Source: Latescibacteria bacterium UBA6620 (GTDB lineage: Bacteria > Latescibacterota > UBA2968). From it: a stretch of 64,000 bases of DNA. The position numbers and the translations under genes were made by a program. The number at the start of each line of letters is the position of its first letter. Position 1 is the first letter of the stretch. The stretch lies in the NCBI GenBank assembly GCA_002433075.1, contig DJHM01000047.1, positions 16,037-80,036 of the forward strand. The letters are read 5' to 3'. The notes beneath the pieces are model-generated. The model saw only the letters and a program-made list of their open reading frames with translations. It searched no databases and had not been told where the DNA came from. Below are positions 59,173 to 64,000 of the stretch, in pieces.

Positions 59173-60162
59173 TCAGGCGCCGACAGGCGCTCCGCCTCCG
59201 TCGTCTTCGGTCGTGGGGTTGTCGCCCGGCGTCTCGAAGAGTTCCCCTTCGAGATCGGTGAAGACACGGGCGGTTTCGATTTCCTCGCGGAAGCCCTCGC
59301 TCAGCCCGGCCAAGAGGACGTCATCGCTGATGTCGCGACCGTTTTTAAAGACTTCGGCGACTCCGGGACTGAGGGAAGCTCCGAGCCGGTCGCCTCCGCT
59401 TCCGATGCGGTTGTGCCGTGTCAGGGCATTCGCCATGTGCGTGATGATCAGGATTTCGTCGGGTTCCTCGACATCCTGTGGCGCGTGATGGTAGGCGATG
59501 GCCTCGACGAGCGATTCGGGTAGCTTCCATTTCTCCGCCAGCCAGCCCCCGATCTGAGCGTGGGTAACGCCGATGACCTGCTCTTCTGCTTCGGCGATGG
59601 ATAGAAGATCGTCCCTCGCTTGGTCAAGGGCTTCGCCGAACTCATCGGGGAAATACTCGATGAGGACGAGCTTCCCGATGTCGTGGAGGACTCCGGCCAC
59701 GAAGGCCTCTCCCTCCAGCTTTCTGTTCCGTCCACGAGCAAGCATTCGGCCGGCGACCCCACAGCCGATGGCGTGTTCCCAGAATTGCTGACGGTCGAAC
59801 AGAGGGTGGTCGTTGCCCTGTTGGAATCGCTTGAGGACAGCCACGCTGAGGCCGAGGTTCTTGACGGTTTCGAATCCGAGCACGACGATGGCGAGCTGCA
59901 CGGTGGCGATCTTGCGCGGGAAGCCATAGAACGCTGAGTTGGCCACCTTGAGGATCTTGGCGGTCAGCGCCTGGTCGGTGGAGATGAGCTGCGACACATC
60001 GCGCGCCGACGAAGCTGGATTGCCGACGATCGAGAGTAACTGCGTGACGACCGTGGGCAGGGATGGCAAACCGATGATCCGCTCAGTGACCTGCCGCAGA
60101 CGCTGACGCCTTTCCTGTAACAGGTCCATCTCTGGCCGAATATGTTGGCTTTGCTTTGGCAC
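59173..60162 (-). CDS. HDOD-domain signalling protein.
   Basis: LPSLPTVVTQLLSIVGNPASSARDVSQLISTDQALTAKILKVANSAFYG; HD-related output domain with HDIGKL. Confidence 0.75.
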   Translation of the reverse strand: MPKQSQHIRPEMDLLQERRQRLRQVTERIIGLPSLPTVVTQLLSIVGNPASSARDVSQLISTDQALTAKILKVANSAFYGFPRKIATVQLAIVVLGFETVKNLGLSVAVLKRFQQGNDHPLFDRQQFWEHAIGCGVAGRMLARGRNRKLEGEAFVAGVLHDIGKLVLIEYFPDEFGEALDQARDDLLSIAEAEEQVIGVTHAQIGGWLAEKWKLPESLVEAIAYHHAPQDVEEPDEILIITHMANALTRHNRIGSGGDRLGASLSPGVAEVFKNGRDISDDVLLAGLSEGFREEIETARVFTDLEGELFETPGDNPTTEDDGGGAPVGA

Positions 60163-60168
60163 AGTGGG

Positions 60169-60948
60169 TCAGGGCAATAGACGCATCCGCAGCTTGCCGC
60201 GAAGGCTGAGGACGGCCTTGGTATGGATCTGCGAGACGCGGGATTCGGACAATTCCATGACTTGCCCGATCTCCTTGAGCGTGAGCTCTTCGTAATAGTA
60301 GAGGGCAATGACGAGCCGCTCCTGGTCTGTCAGCAACCCGATGGAGTCGACGAGCAGGTTGCGCATCTCCTCCCGCTCGAGGTCCGTCAGGGCATCGGAA
60401 TTTTCCTGGGATTTGAGCGTGTCGACGAGGGCGACGGGTTTATCGTTGTCCGAGCCGTACGTCAACTCGTCGAGCGACAGGAGGGTGGTCGACGATAGAT
60501 CGTCGAGCAGCTTGTAGAGGTCGTCGATCGAGACGTCGAGGTTCTCGGCGATTTCCTGTTCACTGGGCGATCGACCAAGCGCGTTCTGAAGCTCGGATAT
60601 CGAGCGCTCCATCTTCCTCGATTTGGCACGCGTGGACCGTGGCGCCCAGTCGATGGCCCGGAGCTCGTCGAGAATAGACCCACGGATACGCATTGAGGCG
60701 TAGCTCTCGAACTTGACCCCCTTGCTGGCGTCGAAGTTCGCGTGGGCCTCGATCAGTCCGACGACGCCCGCATTGATGAGGTCGTCGAGCTCTACGGACT
60801 TTGGCAAGCCGATGGCGATTCGACCCGCGATATACTTCACGAGCGGGAGGTATTCCATCAACTTCTCTTCACGAGTCGATTCAGTGTTCTGTGCCTGGGC
60901 CTGATAGGCTTGGGCAGACTCGGCGGGAGGCGTTTGGTTCTTTTGCAT
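60169..60948 (-). CDS. fliA: Flagellar sigma factor FliA (sigma-28).
   Basis: Regions 2, 3 and 4: YLPLVKYIAGRI, ESYASMRIRGSILDELR, LTLKEIGQVMELSESRVSQIHTKA. Confidence 0.85.
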   Translation of the reverse strand: MQKNQTPPAESAQAYQAQAQNTESTREEKLMEYLPLVKYIAGRIAIGLPKSVELDDLINAGVVGLIEAHANFDASKGVKFESYASMRIRGSILDELRAIDWAPRSTRAKSRKMERSISELQNALGRSPSEQEIAENLDVSIDDLYKLLDDLSSTTLLSLDELTYGSDNDKPVALVDTLKSQENSDALTDLEREEMRNLLVDSIGLLTDQERLVIALYYYEELTLKEIGQVMELSESRVSQIHTKAVLSLRGKLRMRLLP

Positions 60949-60978
60949 GACGTGAACTCTCGGTTCAGTTGAACTTCG

Positions 60979-61821
60979 TCAGACGGTCTGCGGATCGCCC
61001 ACGCGATCGGCCAATCGCTCGAACAGGCCGGGGCCCGACCGAGGTTCGCCGTCTATAACGGGTATGAGGCTGTCGGCCAGCCCGGCGATGGCTCTGGCGG
61101 CATCGGAGCCCGGGTCCGCCAGCATCAAGGGCTGTTGGCTGCGAGTGGATCGTTCGACCGCAAGATCATCAACCACGTGTCCGACTTTGTTGACGGAAGC
61201 GTCCAGAAATCGATCGACGATCTGGTTGAATTTCTCGTAGAGATCGTGCGCCTCACGACTCGACCGGGCACGGTTCACGACGAGGCCGATCGGAAGATCT
61301 TCGCGAGAGGCCTGGCACACTTTAACCATGGCGTAGGCGTCGGCGATGGATGTGGGCTCGGGAACGGCCACGACAAATGCTCGGTCGGACGACAAAACGA
61401 AGTCCGTTACCTTGGACGAAATGCCGGCACCCGTGTCGATCAGGATCAGATCGAAGGCCCGTTCGAGCCGAACGAGCTCCTCGGCCAGTCTCTCTCGATC
61501 GTCGGGATGCCAGGCTTCGGCCTCGCTGATTCCCGAAGCCGAAGGCAAAACGGACAGACCTTCGGGCCCCTCGACGATCACATCGAACGCACTTGCGTCC
61601 CCCCTCAGCAGATCCTGCAGGTTCTGGTCGGGTGTGAGCCCGAGGAGGATGTCGACGTTTGCCAGACCAAGATCGGCGTCGACGAGGAGCACGCGTTTTC
61701 CGGCCGTTGAAAGGGCAAGGGCCAGATTCACGGTAATGGTGCTCTTTCCGACGCCGCCTTTGCCGCTTGTCACCGCCCACGAAATGGCTCTAGGGCCTTC
61801 TGGCTCACTTGAGGAGGCCAT
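60979..61821 (-). CDS. flhG: Flagellar number regulator FlhG/FleN (MinD-like ATPase).
   Basis: Deviant Walker A SGKGGVGKSTITVNLALAL, LLVDADLGLANVD. Start MASSSEPEG at 61821 overlaps the flhF end by 17 nt. Confidence 0.8.
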   Translation of the reverse strand: MASSSEPEGPRAISWAVTSGKGGVGKSTITVNLALALSTAGKRVLLVDADLGLANVDILLGLTPDQNLQDLLRGDASAFDVIVEGPEGLSVLPSASGISEAEAWHPDDRERLAEELVRLERAFDLILIDTGAGISSKVTDFVLSSDRAFVVAVPEPTSIADAYAMVKVCQASREDLPIGLVVNRARSSREAHDLYEKFNQIVDRFLDASVNKVGHVVDDLAVERSTRSQQPLMLADPGSDAARAIAGLADSLIPVIDGEPRSGPGLFERLADRVGDPQTV

Positions 61822-63019
61822 TGAGGCTCCTGTGGAAAAGGGCGGTGGACAGGAGCGCTGGGCGGGCGTGATGAAGGTCGCCAGGCACCATACGGCTGTT
61901 GGTGATATACGACATAGGGACGTCTGATTCAACCGCCATTGTGCACGCCGCACCGAAACGGGCGGTCTCGTCAAGACGCGTGAACAACAAACGGTCGACA
62001 CCGACCGGGCCGAACCCCTGCAGCGCATCACGCATCTGCTGCAGGCCGGTCGTGGCGGCAAGGACCAGATGCACTTCGTTCGGCCCCGCTTCCCGAAGCA
62101 GATCGTTCAGAATCTGCATCTGCTCCGCATCGACGGGGCTGACGCCTCCGGTATCGACGAGGACGAGATCCACGTCTCGTCGCTGTTGAATCACGTCGTG
62201 CATTTTGTCTACGGTGTAAGCAACGTCGACTGCGAGATCGAGAATCCCGGCGTAAGCCCTGATCTGCTCCAGACCGCCCACGCGATCCGTGTCCGTTGAC
62301 ACCAACGAAACCTTGCCTCCGTCGCTCGTAAACCCCGCAGCGATTTTGGCCGCAGCAGTCGTCTTTCCCGCACCGGAGGGCCCAACCAGCGCCACGACCG
62401 ATCGAACCTTCTCGTTGATCCGAGTCGGGATCGGTTTGGGGATACGTTCTGCCAGGCGTGCGGCGCCTTTCTTCTTCAGGGCGGAGGTGTTACCAAACCC
62501 TTCCTCGCCGGGCTCCGCCAGGAGATGTTTCACAAGGTCCTGGCTGATCGAAGATGCGAGGCCGTCGTCTTCGAGCTGCTTTGCGATGGGACCCAGATCG
62601 CCGGGAAGGAAATCGTGGCCCATCGATGGGGCGGGGGCTCGGATGGCCGACTTGAGGGCTTCGATCTGGGCGGTCAACCGGCTGAAGTCGACACTTTCCG
62701 CTGCTACCGGGGGCGGGGCAGCGGCAGTCGCCTGTGGGGCCGGCCGGGGTTTCGATTTCTGCTGGGCGGGCTTGGAGGGGGCCTTAGCGGTTGCGGGTTT
62801 GACCGGTTTCTTCGCTCGCACCGGTTTCCTGCTGCCCTTGGCACGTGGTTTCGTTTTGTCGTCCACGGCGGCGGTGACTTCGACCTGACCCTTCTTCCCG
62901 AGCAGGCTGCTCCGATCGACGGTTCTCGTATTGAGGACGACGGCCTTGGGCCCGAGATCTTTCTTTACGAGCTTCAGGGCCTCTGGCATGGAATCCGCCA
63001 CGTACTTCTTGATCTTCAT
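61805..63019 (-). CDS. flhF: Flagellar biosynthesis GTPase FlhF (SRP-type).
   Basis: N-terminus MKIKKYVADSMPEALKLVKKDLGPKAVVL, G-domain GPSGAGKTTAAAKIA, LVDTGG. Start at 63019 after GGAGAG. Confidence 0.85.
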   Translation of the reverse strand: MKIKKYVADSMPEALKLVKKDLGPKAVVLNTRTVDRSSLLGKKGQVEVTAAVDDKTKPRAKGSRKPVRAKKPVKPATAKAPSKPAQQKSKPRPAPQATAAAPPPVAAESVDFSRLTAQIEALKSAIRAPAPSMGHDFLPGDLGPIAKQLEDDGLASSISQDLVKHLLAEPGEEGFGNTSALKKKGAARLAERIPKPIPTRINEKVRSVVALVGPSGAGKTTAAAKIAAGFTSDGGKVSLVSTDTDRVGGLEQIRAYAGILDLAVDVAYTVDKMHDVIQQRRDVDLVLVDTGGVSPVDAEQMQILNDLLREAGPNEVHLVLAATTGLQQMRDALQGFGPVGVDRLLFTRLDETARFGAACTMAVESDVPMSYITNSRMVPGDLHHARPALLSTALFHRSLNGLLK

Positions 63020-63146
63020 CGCTGCTCTCCAGCCTGGATGCGCCGTGCCCTTAGAACACTGGCCGAATCCCACTTGAATTGATCCTCACGGGATCCGATT
63101 CGGGCTCGTGTCGTGCAGGGTACGAATTCGTCTCCCGATCCACGTC

Positions 63147-64000
63147 TCAAACCGCTTCTCCCACGCTCAAAGCGATCATTCCGACAGAAAAGACATCGAC
63201 CCCGGGCACAATTTCGTTGTAAGACAGGACGGTCAAGCTCGGAAACGTTGTCTCGGTGACTCGTCTGAACGCAAGACGGATATTGGGTGAAGTGAGGACC
63301 ACGGGCGTCTGCCCGTTGGAAACCATTGTGTCGACGCCCTCCGACAGGCGGTCAGAGATCTCGTTGAGCGTCTCCGGGGGCAGGACGACCCGTATGCCTC
63401 CCGCGGCGCTCTGCATGGCGTCCGCGATCTGCTGCTCCAGTTCGGGTGCCACAGTGAGCACCGGGATGCTGTTTTCGTCGTTCTGGTAGAGCTGACAGAT
63501 TGTGCGTCCCAATTGTCCCCGAACGTATTCGGTGAGGATGTCGGGCTCCTTGGTCACGGGGGCGTAGTCGGCCAGACACTCGAGGATCGTCTGGGTGTCC
63601 CTCACCGGGATACGCTCCTTGAGTAGATTCTGCATGACCTTCTGGACACCACCCACACTGAGATTATCGGGGATGAGTTCGTCGATCAGCGTCGGACTCT
63701 TTTCCCTGATCCGATCGACGTGGGTCTGCGTGTCCTGGCGGGTCAGGATTTCCGAGGCGTGGGACTTGATGATCTCCGTCAAGTGGGTCGCGAGAACGGC
63801 GGGAGGCTCGACGACCGTATACCCCAGGATTTCGGCCTGCTCGCGAGCTGTATCGGCGATCCACTTGGCTGGAAGCCCAAAGGCCGGCTCCACGGTGCCC
63901 TGCCCGTCTATTTCCCCTTCGACGTATCCCGGGTCCATGGCCAGCAGGCTCTTGGTTTCGATATCGCCCGTGGCCACGCTGATGCCGCGAATCTTGATCG
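63147..64000 (-). CDS. flhA: Flagellar export protein FlhA, C-terminal cytoplasmic domain (5' part of the gene lies beyond the window end).
   Basis: FGLPAKWIADTAREQAEILGYTVVEPPAVLATHLTEIIK...GGVQKVMQNLLKERIPVRD are FlhA-C signature blocks. The frame is open to the window edge. Confidence 0.85.
   Translation of the reverse strand, partial: IKIRGISVATGDIETKSLLAMDPGYVEGEIDGQGTVEPAFGLPAKWIADTAREQAEILGYTVVEPPAVLATHLTEIIKSHASEILTRQDTQTHVDRIREKSPTLIDELIPDNLSVGGVQKVMQNLLKERIPVRDTQTILECLADYAPVTKEPDILTEYVRGQLGRTICQLYQNDENSIPVLTVAPELEQQIADAMQSAAGGIRVVLPPETLNEISDRLSEGVDTMVSNGQTPVVLTSPNIRLAFRRVTETTFPSLTVLSYNEIVPGVDVFSVGMIALSVGEAV

Noticed and set aside
1-64000. tRNA, rRNA and CRISPR arrays
   Set aside because: No T-arm-like GGTTCGAATCC variants, no rRNA-conserved blocks, and no regularly spaced direct repeats were seen. 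The only repeat structure is the inverted-repeat cassette at 21.7-22.2 kb.

Overview
This is a high-GC (~60%) bacterial chromosomal window of about 55 genes. Several features point to a Gemmatimonadota/FCB-group-like organism: a T9SS C-terminal sorting domain, a GWxTD-like TPR protein and a GxxExxY protein. From left to right the window contains:

- 1-7.3 kb: a minus-strand operon of a MoxR-like AAA+ ATPase translationally coupled (ATGA overlap) to an unassigned 619-aa partner, followed by a decayed O-methyltransferase, a decayed DegT aminotransferase, a 403-aa hypothetical protein and an enolase-superfamily gene.
- 7.5-17.7 kb: housekeeping and assorted genes, namely a TPR/GWxTD protein, a lipoprotein, lepB, a SAM-dependent methyltransferase, a creatininase-family gene, an MFS transporter and gmd. 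This stretch also holds a 700-bp AT-richer non-coding island with a promoter-like element, a strong hairpin and two tandem intrinsic terminators (sRNA candidate), next to a tentative PcfJ-like gene.
- 17.7-45.6 kb: a catabolic/accessory island. It has three Cys-type sulfatases, four PhyH-family dioxygenases (three form a distinct paralogous subfamily, two of them in tandem), a HAD hydrolase, a 2-hydroxyacid dehydrogenase, a peroxiredoxin, three enolase-superfamily genes, an M20 amidohydrolase, an IadA-like amidohydrolase, an isopropylmalate/tartrate-dehydrogenase-family gene, a PL11-like beta-propeller and two paralogous GT-C-like membrane proteins. It also contains a 1063-aa transporter-HEAT-cNMP-binding fusion protein and a GxxExxY gene flanked by perfect 22-bp inverted repeats (MITE-like cassette).
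- 46-55.9 kb: smc with a near-consensus promoter and a long structured leader, a decayed LRR lipoprotein, a 1323-aa CRTAC1-like T9SS cargo protein with dockerin-like repeats and a cohesin/dockerin protein.
- 56-64 kb: a flagellar regulatory segment (flhA, flhF, flhG, fliA, HDOD protein, histidine kinase, a membrane coiled-coil protein with a C-terminal HTH-like motif (possibly DUF2802-like), a lipoprotein and a FliK-like protein).

At least seven genes carry in-frame stops (TAG x3, TGA x2, TAA x1) and/or frameshifts. TAG, TGA and TAA are all used as ordinary stops elsewhere in the window, so this reflects either pseudogenisation or assembly error. One TGA falls exactly on the conserved active-site Cys of an otherwise intact M20 hydrolase, which makes it a selenocysteine candidate. 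No tRNA, rRNA or CRISPR array was seen.
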